A DNA stretch of 64,000 bases, from positions 152,328 to 216,327 of the forward strand of contig CACNSY010000001.1 of the NCBI GenBank assembly GCA_902623255.1. The letters run 5' to 3'. Shown one piece after another: positions 12,400 to 23,605 of this stretch. The position numbers and the translations under genes were made by a program. Each line of letters begins with the position of its first letter. The stretch's first letter is position 1. The stretch comes from an uncultured Alphaproteobacteria bacterium (GTDB taxonomy: Bacteria > Pseudomonadota > Alphaproteobacteria > HIMB59 > GCA-002718135). The notes under the pieces were generated by a model. That model saw only the letters and a list, made by a program, of their open reading frames with translations. It did no database searches and was not told the origin of the DNA.

Positions 12400-13748
12400 T
12401 TTCTTTTATCTTTAATGTCAAAAGTTTTAACTTCAAGTTTTTTATAATCATCTTCACTTAATTTTATAACATTTGTTTTCGATTTGGAAATAATTGAATC
12501 TATTACTTTTTGTTCAATAAGAGGTGCTCGAATCGTATCCAATGATGATGGATTTTTTTCAAAATATTCCATAATCTGCTTTTCTTGACCAGGATATTGC
12601 CTAGTATATTCTAATATACCTTTGTTAATTTCTTCTTCAGAAACAACAACTTTTTCTTCTGAAGCTATATGTTGCATTAATAAACCAAGTTTTACTCTTC
12701 TTTCTGAAATTTTTTTATATCTTTTTTTGAGATCGTCATCTTTTAGTAGCTTATCATCCTCATCTAAACTACCTTCTTTTTTAGCCTGCTCTAAACGATT
12801 CCATATTTGATTAAAATCATCTTCTAGTACTCCATCAGGTAAGTCAAATTTATAATTATTATCTAAAAGGTCCATCAACTCTTTTTTTTCAATTTGCTTT
12901 ATACCTTGTTCGTATTGAGATTTCATATTTTTCACTAGAAAATCTTTAAGATCCTTTTCAGTTTTGAAACCATTCTTATCTAAAAACTCTTTTGTAAGTT
13001 CAAATTTAATTTTTTCTTCAATTGAAATTATTTCAAAATTAAATGTTATTTTTTTAAATTTATCATCTTTAAGAATTTTAGATAAGTTGATTTTTAATTC
13101 AATTTTATCTCCAGTTTTTACTTTTCTATTAATCAATTCTTTATTTAAACCTGGAAGTATTCCATCATCAAATCCCAAATCAATTGGAAAATTTTTTTGA
13201 GATTTTAAATATTCTGGAAGATCTTCTTGAGAGGATTCAAAATTAACAATAACCTTGTCAGTATTTTTAACATGTCTCAAACTATCAATTTTTTTAAAAT
13301 TTTTTTGTGAATCAATAAAACTCTTAAATTGATTATCTTCTGCTTTTTTACCTAATTCAATTTCATACTTATTAATTTTAAGATCCTTAAAATCTTTAAG
13401 TTTAATTTCAGGTTTTAAATCAAATTTTAAATTTATAATTATTGGCTTATTTTTTTCATAGTTACTAAGCTCAACTTTAGGAGCTCTAAAAAGAGAAAAC
13501 TTTTTTTTATCAATTAATTTTTTTGTGTTTGTATCTATTACTTTTTGAATTACTTCATTTAAGACGTTATCTTCATATTTTTTCTTAACAATATTTAGTG
13601 GTGCTTTACCTTTTCTAAAACCAGGAATATTTACTGTAGGTAATATTTGATTTATCTTATTATCTACTTCAATATCAATTTCTTCGTAAGGAATTTCTAA
13701 TGAGAATTCTTTATAAAGTTTTGTAGATTTTAATTCTTTTGTGTTCAT
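12396..13748 (-). CDS. tig: Trigger factor
   Basis: [10 protein letters not shown] ribosome-binding motif; tig-clpP-clpX-lon synteny. Confidence 0.95.
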   Translation of the reverse strand: MNTKELKSTKLYKEFSLEIPYEEIDIEVDNKINQILPTVNIPGFRKGKAPLNIVKKKYEDNVLNEVIQKVIDTNTKKLIDKKKFSLFRAPKVELSNYEKNKPIIINLKFDLKPEIKLKDFKDLKINKYEIELGKKAEDNQFKSFIDSQKNFKKIDSLRHVKNTDKVIVNFESSQEDLPEYLKSQKNFPIDLGFDDGILPGLNKELINRKVKTGDKIELKINLSKILKDDKFKKITFNFEIISIEEKIKFELTKEFLDKNGFKTEKDLKDFLVKNMKSQYEQGIKQIEKKELMDLLDNNYKFDLPDGVLEDDFNQIWNRLEQAKKEGSLDEDDKLLKDDDLKKRYKKISERRVKLGLLMQHIASEEKVVVSEEEINKGILEYTRQYPGQEKQIMEYFEKNPSSLDTIRAPLIEQKVIDSIISKSKTNVIKLSEDDYKKLEVKTFDIKDKRK

Positions 13749-13764
13749 AACTCTTTATACCTAA

Positions 13765-13849
13765 TGGTAGGCCGGAAAGGACTTGAACCTTCACACCTCG
13801 CGGCACTAGAACCTAAATCTAGCGTGTCTACCAATTCCACCACCGGCCC
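13765..13849 (-). tRNA. tRNA-Leu(TAG)
   Basis: Reverse complement GGGCCGGTGGTGGAATTGGTAGACACGCTAGATTTAGGTTCTAGTGCCGCGAGGTGTGAAGGTTCAAGTCCTTTCCGGCCTACCA, long variable arm. Confidence 0.96.
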
Positions 13850-13916
13850 TATTATTATTAGCCTTTTATGTACAATAAATTAAAAAACAATAGAGAAAAT
13901 TAATTAATATTGAGAA

Positions 13917-13994
13917 TGGGGCGAACGATGGGATTCGAACCCACGGCATCAGGCACCACAAGCCTGCGCTCTAACCAACTGAGCTACGCTCGCC
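13917..13994 (-). tRNA. tRNA-His(GTG) with encoded G-1 and C73
   Basis: Reverse complement G-GCGAGCG-TAGCTCAGTTGGTTAGAGCGCAGGCTTGTGGTGCCTGATGCCGTGGGTTCGAATCCCAT-CGTTCGC-C-CCA. Confidence 0.96.
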
Positions 13995-14046
13995 ATAGAA
14001 CTTAATTAAAAGTTTAATTTTTATATTAAATCGCTATATCAAAAAT

Positions 14047-15542
<1,496 letters not shown>

Positions 15543-15583
15543 TTTTTCTTTACTTTTATATAAAACCTAGTAATTATCCAATA

Positions 15584-15633
15584 ATCGTTCAACTCTTTTA
15601 GAGTCGGAAGTAGGCATTGTGCCGAAGGAACGC
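15584..15633 (+). ncRNA. Glutamine riboswitch (glnA motif), aptamer 1
   Basis: ATCGTTCA-ACTC(TTTTA)GAGT-CGGAAGTA-GGC(ATTGT)GCC-GAAGGAACGC: P1 CGTTC/GAACG, two hairpins, AGTA/GAA E-loop, as in glnA RNA motif; in glnA leader. Confidence 0.85.
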
Positions 15634-15648
15634 ATGCAAAAGTTATAA

Positions 15649-15701
15649 ATCGTTCAACCTATTTTTATAGGTCGGAAGTAAGCCATAAGCTGAAGGAACG
15701 C
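15649..15701 (+). ncRNA. Glutamine riboswitch (glnA motif), aptamer 2
   Basis: ATCGTTCA-ACCTA(TTTTA)TAGGT-CGGAAGTA-AGC(CATAA)GCT-GAAGGAACGC: same conserved core as aptamer 1 with covarying stems. Confidence 0.85.
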
Positions 15702-15741
15702 GCATCAAAAGCAGATTTCATAACTAGAGCATGATTTAACC

Positions 15742-15771
15742 GGGTAACGCTGGATAGCATACCCTTTTGTT
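15742..15771 (+). terminator. Candidate leader terminator (riboswitch expression platform)
   Basis: GGGTA-AC-GCT(GGAT)AGC-A-TACCC followed by TTTTGTT, just upstream of the glnA RBS (AAGGAG). Confidence 0.55.
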
Positions 15772-15788
15772 GAAGTAAGGAGATAGAT

Positions 15789-17219
15789 ATGAAATTAAAA
15801 AGCTCGACTCCAAAAGATTTAATGTCTGAAATTAAAGATATGGACATTAAGATGGTTGATATGCGCTTTACTGATATACCAGGAACAACTCAACATTTTA
15901 CAATACCAATTAAATTTTTAGACGAAGATATATTTTCTGACGGACTTGGTTTTGATGGATCTTCGGTAAGAGGTTTCCAAGAAATTCAAGACAGTGATAT
16001 GATTGTTTTGCCAGATGCAACAACAGCTTATATTGATCCATTTTTTTCAGAAAAAACTTTGGCATTACATTGTAATATTAAAGATCCTGTAACTTTGGTT
16101 GACTATAGTCGTGACCCAAGAAATATTGCTAAAAAAGCTGAAGCCTATTTGAAATCATCTGGTATTGGTGACACAGCATTTTTTGGTCCAGAAGCAGAAT
16201 TTTTTGTGTTTAATAACGTTCAGTTTGACTCAGGATCAAATTTTGCATTTCATGAAGTTGATTCTGTTGAAGGTACTTGGAATAGTGGTGCTGATGAAAA
16301 CCCAAATTTAGGTCATAAGCCTAGACATAAAGAAGGTTATTTTCCTTTACCGCCAGTTGATACACTTCAAGATGTAAGAACTGAAATGGTAATGACAATG
16401 CAAGACATTGGTCTTACAGTTGAAGCACATCACCATGAAGTTGCAACAGGTGGACAATGTGAAATTGATTTAGAATTTTCGCCTTTACTAAAAATGGCTG
16501 ATGATATGATGAAATATAAGTACGTTGTTAAAAATGTTGCAAGACAACATGGAATGACAGCTACATTTATGCCTAAACCTTTATTCGAAGATAATGGTTC
16601 AGGTATGCACGTTCATCAAAGTGTTTGGAAAGACGGTGACACATTAATGTATAAAGAGGGTAACTATGCTAACCTAAGTGATTTAGCTCTAAATTATATT
16701 GGTGGTATACTTAAACATGCACCTGCTCTTTTAGCTTTTTGTGCTCCTACTACTAATTCTTATAAAAGATTGGTCCCAGGCTTTGAGGCTCCAGTGAACA
16801 TTGTTTACTCTCAAAGAAATAGAACTGCATCTGTTAGAATTCCTGCTTATTCTCAAAGCCCTAAAGCAAAAAGAATGGAATTTAGATGTCCAGATCCAAG
16901 TGCAAATCCATACTTAGCATTCTCAGCAATGTTAATGGCAGGATTAGACGGGATTAAAAATAAAATTAATCCTGGTGATCCAACAGATATAAATCTCTAT
17001 GCTGCTAGCGATGAAGTTTTGTCTAAAATTCAATCTACGCCTGGATCTTTAGCTGAATCTCTTGAAGCTCTTGAAAAGGATCATGCATTTTTATTAGAGG
17101 GTGATGTATTCACCAAAGATGTAATTGAAACTTATATTAGCTATAAAAAAGAGAGTGAGGTTGATCCAATTAATATTAGACCTCATCCACACGAGTTTAA
17201 ACTATACTACGACGTGTAG
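15789..17219 (+). CDS. glnA: Glutamine synthetase type I (GSI-beta)
   Basis: [56 protein letters not shown] adenylylation-site Tyr. Confidence 0.98.
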   Translation: MKLKSSTPKDLMSEIKDMDIKMVDMRFTDIPGTTQHFTIPIKFLDEDIFSDGLGFDGSSVRGFQEIQDSDMIVLPDATTAYIDPFFSEKTLALHCNIKDPVTLVDYSRDPRNIAKKAEAYLKSSGIGDTAFFGPEAEFFVFNNVQFDSGSNFAFHEVDSVEGTWNSGADENPNLGHKPRHKEGYFPLPPVDTLQDVRTEMVMTMQDIGLTVEAHHHEVATGGQCEIDLEFSPLLKMADDMMKYKYVVKNVARQHGMTATFMPKPLFEDNGSGMHVHQSVWKDGDTLMYKEGNYANLSDLALNYIGGILKHAPALLAFCAPTTNSYKRLVPGFEAPVNIVYSQRNRTASVRIPAYSQSPKAKRMEFRCPDPSANPYLAFSAMLMAGLDGIKNKINPGDPTDINLYAASDEVLSKIQSTPGSLAESLEALEKDHAFLLEGDVFTKDVIETYISYKKESEVDPINIRPHPHEFKLYYDV

Positions 17220-17241
17220 AATTATACTTATCTCTATAAAG

Positions 17242-17267
17242 AAAACCGCCTTAGGGCGGTTTTTTTT
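17242..17267 (+). terminator. Intrinsic terminator after glnA
   Basis: AAAACCGCC(TTAG)GGCGGTTTTTTTT. Confidence 0.9.
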
Positions 17268-17303
17268 ATGTTTTTAGAACAACACTTTTGATAAGAAATA
17301 TAT

Positions 17304-19238
17304 GTGGCTAAAAAATCTACTTATAATGCCAAAGATATTGAAGTACTTGAGGGTCTTGAGCCTGTTCGTAAAAGACCAGGTATGTATATTGGAAGCACAA
17401 ATCAAGATGGTCTTCATCATTTAGTTAACGAAGTACTAGATAATAGTATAGATGAAGTTTTAGCTGGTCATGCAACTGATATAAGTTTTCAATATAAAAA
17501 AGATGGTTCGATAAAAATAAAAGATAATGGAAGAGGTATTCCTATTGATTTTCATCCAAAATATAAAAATAAAAGAGCACTTGAAGTAGTTTTAACTACA
17601 CTTCACGCAGGTGGTAAATTTAACAGTAATGCTTACAAAACTTCTGGTGGATTACACGGTGTTGGGATTTCTGTTGTAAATGCATTAAGTTCTTTATTAC
17701 AAGTTAAGGTATTCAAAGATGGAAAAGTGTATAGACAAGATTACTCAAAAGGAAAGGTTAAGACAAAAATAAAAATTGAAAAATGTAGCAAAAAATTAAA
17801 AGGTACAGAAATTTCTTTTATTCCAGATGAAAGTATATTTGAAGAAACACAATTTGTTCCAAAAAAATTATATAATTTTATAAACATGAAATCAGTATTA
17901 GTTGGAGGCACAACTATCAACTTTGAAATTGATAAAGAATTAATAAAAGATAAAACCCCTAACAAAAAAAGTTTTTTTTATAAAAAAGGAATTGAAGATT
18001 ATTTTCAATTAGAATACGCAAACAACTCTAAATTATTTGAAAAAAATTTTTTATTAAAATCAAAAATTAAAGATAATGAAAATTTTGAGACTTTAATTAC
18101 ATTTAATACAAATGAAAATTCAAGTTTAATGTCATATTGTAACACTATTGAAACACCAGATGGCGGCTCTCATGAAAATGGTATTCGTAATGGAATTCTA
18201 AAAGCTATAAAACTTTATGGCCAAAAAAATCAATTCTCAAAAATCAGTAATATCAATCACAGTGATATTTTTGATTACTCTAACGTTATTATTTCAATCT
18301 TTATAAATGATCCAAGTTTTGAAGGTCAAACTAAAAAAAGAATAATAATGCCAAATTTACAAAAAGAAATTGAAACAAAAACACAACAAGAATTTTTATT
18401 ATGGTTAAATGCTAATAAGAAAAATTCAAAAATACTTTTAGATAATTTAATTGAAAGAGCTCTTCAAAGATCTGATTTATCAAAAATTAAAGAGTTAGAT
18501 AGAAAAAGTATTAAAGAAAGAAATCGTCTTCCAGGTAAATTAGTAGATTGTTCGAGTAAATCAATAAAAGATTCTGAAATATTTATTGTTGAAGGTGACA
18601 GTGCTGGAGGTTCTGCTAAACAAGCAAGAAATAGAGAATTTCAAGCAATACTTCCTTTAAGGGGGAAAATATTAAATGTTTATAATGTTGGGCTATCTAA
18701 AATTGCTGATAACAATGAAATACAAAATCTTATTCAATCTTTAGGTTGTGGTATTGGAAAAAACTTTGAAATTTCAAAACTTCGATATGAGAAAATAATT
18801 TTAATGACTGATGCGGACGTAGATGGTTCACATATTGCAACTCTACTTATTACTTTTTTTTATAAATATATGAAAAGTTTAATTGATGAAAATAAACTAT
18901 ATCTAGCAATGCCTCCTTTATTTAAAATTTATAATAAAAATAAATCTTTTTACGCATATGATGAAAAAGAGAGGGATAAATTAATTGAAAAAGAATTTAA
19001 GTCTGACAATTATAACATTACAAGATTTAAAGGTTTGGGTGAAATGCCAGCTGATCAATTGAAAGAGACTACCATGGATCAAAACAAAAGAAATCTAATA
19101 TTAATTAACTCTGAAAAAGCTAAGAAAGATATGAAGAATACCGAAAGTTTATTCGAAACCTTAATGGGAAAACAAGCAGAGTTACGTTTTAAATTTATTC
19201 AAAATAATGCTAACTTCATTAAAAATTTAGACGTCTAA
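17304..19238 (+). CDS. parE: DNA topoisomerase IV subunit B
   Basis: LEGLEPVRKRPGMYIG, VEGDSAGGSAKQAR, PLRGKILN, DADVDG, RFKGLGEM; 644 aa, lacks the GyrB insertion. Confidence 0.92.
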   Translation: MAKKSTYNAKDIEVLEGLEPVRKRPGMYIGSTNQDGLHHLVNEVLDNSIDEVLAGHATDISFQYKKDGSIKIKDNGRGIPIDFHPKYKNKRALEVVLTTLHAGGKFNSNAYKTSGGLHGVGISVVNALSSLLQVKVFKDGKVYRQDYSKGKVKTKIKIEKCSKKLKGTEISFIPDESIFEETQFVPKKLYNFINMKSVLVGGTTINFEIDKELIKDKTPNKKSFFYKKGIEDYFQLEYANNSKLFEKNFLLKSKIKDNENFETLITFNTNENSSLMSYCNTIETPDGGSHENGIRNGILKAIKLYGQKNQFSKISNINHSDIFDYSNVIISIFINDPSFEGQTKKRIIMPNLQKEIETKTQQEFLLWLNANKKNSKILLDNLIERALQRSDLSKIKELDRKSIKERNRLPGKLVDCSSKSIKDSEIFIVEGDSAGGSAKQARNREFQAILPLRGKILNVYNVGLSKIADNNEIQNLIQSLGCGIGKNFEISKLRYEKIILMTDADVDGSHIATLLITFFYKYMKSLIDENKLYLAMPPLFKIYNKNKSFYAYDEKERDKLIEKEFKSDNYNITRFKGLGEMPADQLKETTMDQNKRNLILINSEKAKKDMKNTESLFETLMGKQAELRFKFIQNNANFIKNLDV

Positions 19239-19241
19239 TTT

Positions 19242-20723
19242 ATGAAAAAATATTTTTTGGTAATAGATCAAGGAACAACAAGTTCAAGAATTGTACTGTA
19301 TAATAAAAAATTTGAAATATTCGATATTGTCCAAAAAGAATTTAAACAATATTTTCCCAAAGAGGGATGGGTAGAACATAATGCAACAGAAATTTGGGAT
19401 GATGTTAGAAATTTAATTTCAAAAATATTAAGAAAAAATAAGTTAAATTCAAAAAATATAATTTCAATTGGAATTACCAATCAAAGAGAAACAACAGTTT
19501 TGTGGAATAAGAAAACAGGGAAACCAGTTTACAGAGCAATAGTCTGGCAAGATAGAAGAACAGCTAATCTTTGTGAAAATTTAAAAAGAAAAGGGATTGA
19601 TAAAAAAATTCAAAAAATAACTGGTCTAGAGCTTGATCCATATTTTTCAGCTACTAAAATTAAATGGATTATTGATAATGTTAAGGAAGTAAATAAGAAT
19701 TTAAAAAATAATAATTTACTTTTTGGAACAATAGATACCTGGTTATTATGGAAATTAACTAAGGGAAAATCTCACCTAACAGATATATCAAATGCTTCAA
19801 GAACCATGATTTTTGACTCGCAAAAAGAGCAGTGGTCTTACAAAATTTTAAAAATATTTAATATTCCAAAAAATATTTTACCAACTGTAGTTGAAAATGC
19901 ATGTGATTTTGGCTCTACTAAATTATTTGGTGATTCAATACCAATTGGAGGCATGGCTGGAGACCAACAGTCAGCAACAATTGGTCAAGCTTGTTTTAAA
20001 AAAGGGCAATCAAAAAGTACGTATGGTACAGGCTGTTTTCTTCTTATGAATATTGGAGAAAAATTTAAATTATCTAAAAATAGATTACTAACAACTGTTG
20101 CTTTTAAAATAAATGGTAAAAAAATGTTTTGCTATGAAGGAAGTATTTTTGTAGCAGGATCTGCCATACAATGGCTTCGCGATAATTTAAAATTTATAAA
20201 AGATTCTAGTGAAACTGATAAATTGTATAAAAAAGCTAATAAAGATGAAAGTTTATTTTTTGTCCCAGCCTTAACTGGACTTGGCGCCCCATATTGGAAC
20301 CCTAATGCAAGAGGAACATTTTTTGGCATCACTAGAAATACGTCTAAAGAAGATATCATTAAAGCAACTTTGGACAGCCTATCTTTTCAAACTTATGAAT
20401 TAATTGAGTGTATGGAAAAAGATTCTAAGACTAAGATTAGTGAAATAAGAGTTGATGGAGGTATGGTTAAAAATAATAGCTTTCTACAAAGTTTAGCAAA
20501 TATTTCTCAAATTAAAATTATTAGACCAAGTAATGTTGAGACTACTTCGCTTGGCGCAGCATATCTTGCAGCAATTCAATCTGGATATTTAAAAAATACA
20601 AGCCAAATAAGTAAACTTTGGAAAAAAGATAAAACAGTAAAAGCAAATATTAACAAATCCATTTCAACTTCTAGTATTAGTAAGTGGAAATCAATTATAA
20701 ATGTAGTCAATAATTTTTATTAA
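19242..20723 (+). CDS. glpK: Glycerol kinase
   Basis: IDQGTTSSR, TNQRETT, AIVWQDRR, GDQQ, KSTYGTG. Confidence 0.95.
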   Translation: MKKYFLVIDQGTTSSRIVLYNKKFEIFDIVQKEFKQYFPKEGWVEHNATEIWDDVRNLISKILRKNKLNSKNIISIGITNQRETTVLWNKKTGKPVYRAIVWQDRRTANLCENLKRKGIDKKIQKITGLELDPYFSATKIKWIIDNVKEVNKNLKNNNLLFGTIDTWLLWKLTKGKSHLTDISNASRTMIFDSQKEQWSYKILKIFNIPKNILPTVVENACDFGSTKLFGDSIPIGGMAGDQQSATIGQACFKKGQSKSTYGTGCFLLMNIGEKFKLSKNRLLTTVAFKINGKKMFCYEGSIFVAGSAIQWLRDNLKFIKDSSETDKLYKKANKDESLFFVPALTGLGAPYWNPNARGTFFGITRNTSKEDIIKATLDSLSFQTYELIECMEKDSKTKISEIRVDGGMVKNNSFLQSLANISQIKIIRPSNVETTSLGAAYLAAIQSGYLKNTSQISKLWKKDKTVKANINKSISTSSISKWKSIINVVNNFY

Positions 20724-21528
20724 GATTTAACCAATTTGAAAGTTCTAAAGAATGGATTTCTTCATCAACTACATCATCATATATATGTAATTCTTTTTTC
20801 TCAAGATTATCAGGGTTTTGTAAAATCATTTTTTCATTTTCAAATTCTGATAAATTTTCATATACTTTTTGTTCCAACAAAATATCTTTTCTCATTTCCA
20901 TAAGTCCGGCCATCCATTTTGAACTAAATTCTGGATGGTATTGCACTGCCCAAACACTTGATTGATTTACTTCAAAGCTTATAGATTGGAATTGACTGAT
21001 ATTATTTGAGGCTAGTACCTTAGTTTCTTTTGGAAGCTTTTCTGCTTCATCATAATGCCAACAGAGTGCATTAAATGATTTTTTTTTGTTTTTATACATG
21101 GGATGAATTTCACCATCTTGATTTAATGTAATATTTTTAGCTAAAACTGCTTCAAGGCCATTTGGATTTTTTCTTACTTTACCTCCTGCAGCAGTTACTA
21201 AAACCTGAAGCCCCCAACAACTACCAAATATTTTATTCTTTTTTTTAAATAATTCTTTAGCTAAATCTATTTGATTAGTTATGGATTTTGTCATGTTATA
21301 TATATTAAGTAAGCTTCCTGTCCAAGCAACCGCTTCGAAATCGTCAAGACTTAAGCCTAAAGGAAGATAATTATTATGAACAGCAGGATGAATTGTTGTA
21401 ATATTGATAGTTGAACTAGAATATTTTTTTAAAATTTTTTCATATACTTGAAATTGAGTATCCATACCCAATTTTGTATATCGATCAGAAGCTTCTTTTT
21501 CATTTCCATCGACTAATAATATGTTCAT
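20707..21528 (-). CDS. Type 1 glutamine amidotransferase-family protein
   Basis: GSCWGLQ nucleophile elbow and QYHPE His-Glu. Confidence 0.85.
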   Translation of the reverse strand: MNILLVDGNEKEASDRYTKLGMDTQFQVYEKILKKYSSSTINITTIHPAVHNNYLPLGLSLDDFEAVAWTGSLLNIYNMTKSITNQIDLAKELFKKKNKIFGSCWGLQVLVTAAGGKVRKNPNGLEAVLAKNITLNQDGEIHPMYKNKKKSFNALCWHYDEAEKLPKETKVLASNNISQFQSISFEVNQSSVWAVQYHPEFSSKWMAGLMEMRKDILLEQKVYENLSEFENEKMILQNPDNLEKKELHIYDDVVDEEIHSLELSNWLNLNKNY

Positions 21529-21571
21529 ATTTATCTTTATTTTTCATCTATCATGAAATATGTAAAACTTC

Positions 21572-22465
21572 ATGAAAATTAAACTTGGTATCGCGCCTAT
21601 TGCCTGGAGTAATGATGATATGCCAGAACTAGGAGGTGACACTCCTATTGAAAAATGTTTAGAGGATGCAAGCACATCTGGATTTTCAGGTATTGAATTA
21701 GGTGGAAAATTTCCGAGAAATCCTGGAATAACAAAATATCTTTTAGAAAAATTTAATTTAAAAATGCCAGGTGGTTGGTATGGGGCAATGCTTAGAGAAA
21801 GAAGTGTAAAAGAAGAATGGATAGCACTCCAAGATCATTTAAATTTATTAAAGTTAATTAATGCGGATGTTTTTGTTTTTGCTGATGTATCTGATTCAAT
21901 CCAAGGCGATCAATCAAAAGCTCTTAGTAAAAGACCAATACTTGAAAAAGATGAATGGGATAGCTATTGCAAAAAAATCAGTGAATTATCTGATATGCTG
22001 ATGGATGAAGGAATGCCAATGTCGTATCATGAGCATATGGGAACTATTATACAGTCCGAGGAAGATGTAGATCGATTTATGGATATGACAAATCAAAATA
22101 CATTTTTGCTTTACGATACTGGACACTTAATGTTTGCCAAAGCAAATTACGAAAGAGTATTAAAAAATTATATTTCTCGAATTAACCATGTTCATTGTAA
22201 AGATATTAGAAAAGATGTTTTTTTAAAATCTATTAAAGATGACTTAAGTTTTAGAGAGTCTTTTTTAGATGGTGTTTTCACTGTTCCAGGAGATGGTTGC
22301 ATCGATTACGATCCATTAATTAAGATACTATATGATGCAAAATATCAGAAATGGTTAATTATTGAAGCTGAGCAGGATCCTAAAAAAGCAAACCCTCTTG
22401 AATATGCAAAATTAGGACATAATTACTTGCATAATATAATAACAAAAAATGGGTATATTCTTTAA
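21572..22465 (+). CDS. iolE: myo-inosose-2 dehydratase
   Basis: GIAPIAWSNDD, YHEHMGT, DTGH, HVHCKD, VPGDGCID, EAEQDP. Confidence 0.92.
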   Translation: MKIKLGIAPIAWSNDDMPELGGDTPIEKCLEDASTSGFSGIELGGKFPRNPGITKYLLEKFNLKMPGGWYGAMLRERSVKEEWIALQDHLNLLKLINADVFVFADVSDSIQGDQSKALSKRPILEKDEWDSYCKKISELSDMLMDEGMPMSYHEHMGTIIQSEEDVDRFMDMTNQNTFLLYDTGHLMFAKANYERVLKNYISRINHVHCKDIRKDVFLKSIKDDLSFRESFLDGVFTVPGDGCIDYDPLIKILYDAKYQKWLIIEAEQDPKKANPLEYAKLGHNYLHNIITKNGYIL

Positions 22466-22898
22466 AATAACGATAAGTACTTTAATTTCATTCATTCCTT
22501 TATATGTTTTAGCTCACAAAGTAACTTTAGAGGACAAATCATTAGAAAATGTTGTTAACGAAAGAATGGCAATAATGCAAAAAATTAAAAGCACATCATC
22601 GAAACTTTACAGATTAATAAATTCAGATCAATATGAAGAAATGTTGGAGCTTAATGAAACTCTTCTTCATTCAGCATCTGAATTTAAAGATTTTTATCCT
22701 GAAAATAGTCAAGCAGAAGGAGCTAGTGATAATATTTGGAGTGATCGTGAGACATTTAATGAATATAACCAAAACTTTGTAGATGATATCGAAATGATAT
22801 CTTTAAGTATAGAATTAGAAGATAAAGAGATGATAAGTGATGCTATTAAAGCAATGGCTGCAAATTGCAGCACTTGTCATAAAAAATTTAGAAATTAA
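22449..22898 (+). CDS. Class II cytochrome c (c'/c556)
   Basis: Signal peptide, A.DNIW motif, C-terminal CSTCHKKFR heme motif. Confidence 0.88.
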   Translation: MGIFFKITISTLISFIPLYVLAHKVTLEDKSLENVVNERMAIMQKIKSTSSKLYRLINSDQYEEMLELNETLLHSASEFKDFYPENSQAEGASDNIWSDRETFNEYNQNFVDDIEMISLSIELEDKEMISDAIKAMAANCSTCHKKFRN

Positions 22899-23605
22899 TT
22901 ATTTAATCTTAAGTGTGGATTATATTTCCATTCTAAATATTTAACAAATTGAACCATTAGAAAATTTAAAAAAAGATAAAGAATTCCTGCAGCAATAAAT
23001 GCTTCAACAGGTGCAAATGTTTTAGCCATTATCTTTCTAGCAATACCTGTCATTTCCATGTATGTTGTCAGACTAACTAAAGAGGTTGCTTTAACCATTA
23101 GTATTAATTCATTACCGTAAGACGGTAGAACTTTTCGTATAGCAATAGGTAGAATAATTTTTCTTAAAAGTAAAAATTTTCCAAACCCAAGAGATAGGCC
23201 TGATTCAACCTGACTTTTCTCAATTGATTGAATACCACCTCGAAAAATTTCTGCTCCATATGCAACAGTATTAATTGTAAGTGCTATTACTCCGCACCAA
23301 AAAGGTTCTTTCAATGCGTACCATAAAAAACTTTCTCTAATAAATTTTACTGAACCTAAACCAAAATAAATTAAATATATTTGAACAAGTAAAGGCGTTC
23401 CTCTAATAACAAAAATATAACTAGCAATTGTTCTTGATAATAATGCAATTTTAGAAACTCTTCCTAGAGCAAATAATAATGCTAAGACAAAACCAAGTGG
23501 TAATGAAATTAATAATAATAAAATTGTATTATCTAAGCCAGATAGGACCAAAAAGAAATTTTTATAAATAAGAGAATTTTGAATACTATTTAAATATTCA
23601 ATCAT
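22895..23605 (-). CDS. Polar amino-acid ABC permease (HisM/OccM-like)
   Basis: RGTPLLVQIY, AYGAEIFRGGIQS, GNELILMVKATSL. Confidence 0.9.
   Translation of the reverse strand: MIEYLNSIQNSLIYKNFFLVLSGLDNTILLLLISLPLGFVLALLFALGRVSKIALLSRTIASYIFVIRGTPLLVQIYLIYFGLGSVKFIRESFLWYALKEPFWCGVIALTINTVAYGAEIFRGGIQSIEKSQVESGLSLGFGKFLLLRKIILPIAIRKVLPSYGNELILMVKATSLVSLTTYMEMTGIARKIMAKTFAPVEAFIAAGILYLFLNFLMVQFVKYLEWKYNPHLRLNN

Noticed and set aside
15584-15701. Direct repeat as a mini-CRISPR or operator pair
   Set aside because: Only two units, variable parts are self-complementary stems, no cas genes; riboswitch explains it
15665-15847. 60-aa minus-strand ORF
   Set aside because: Antisense to riboswitch and glnA start; no recognisable motif
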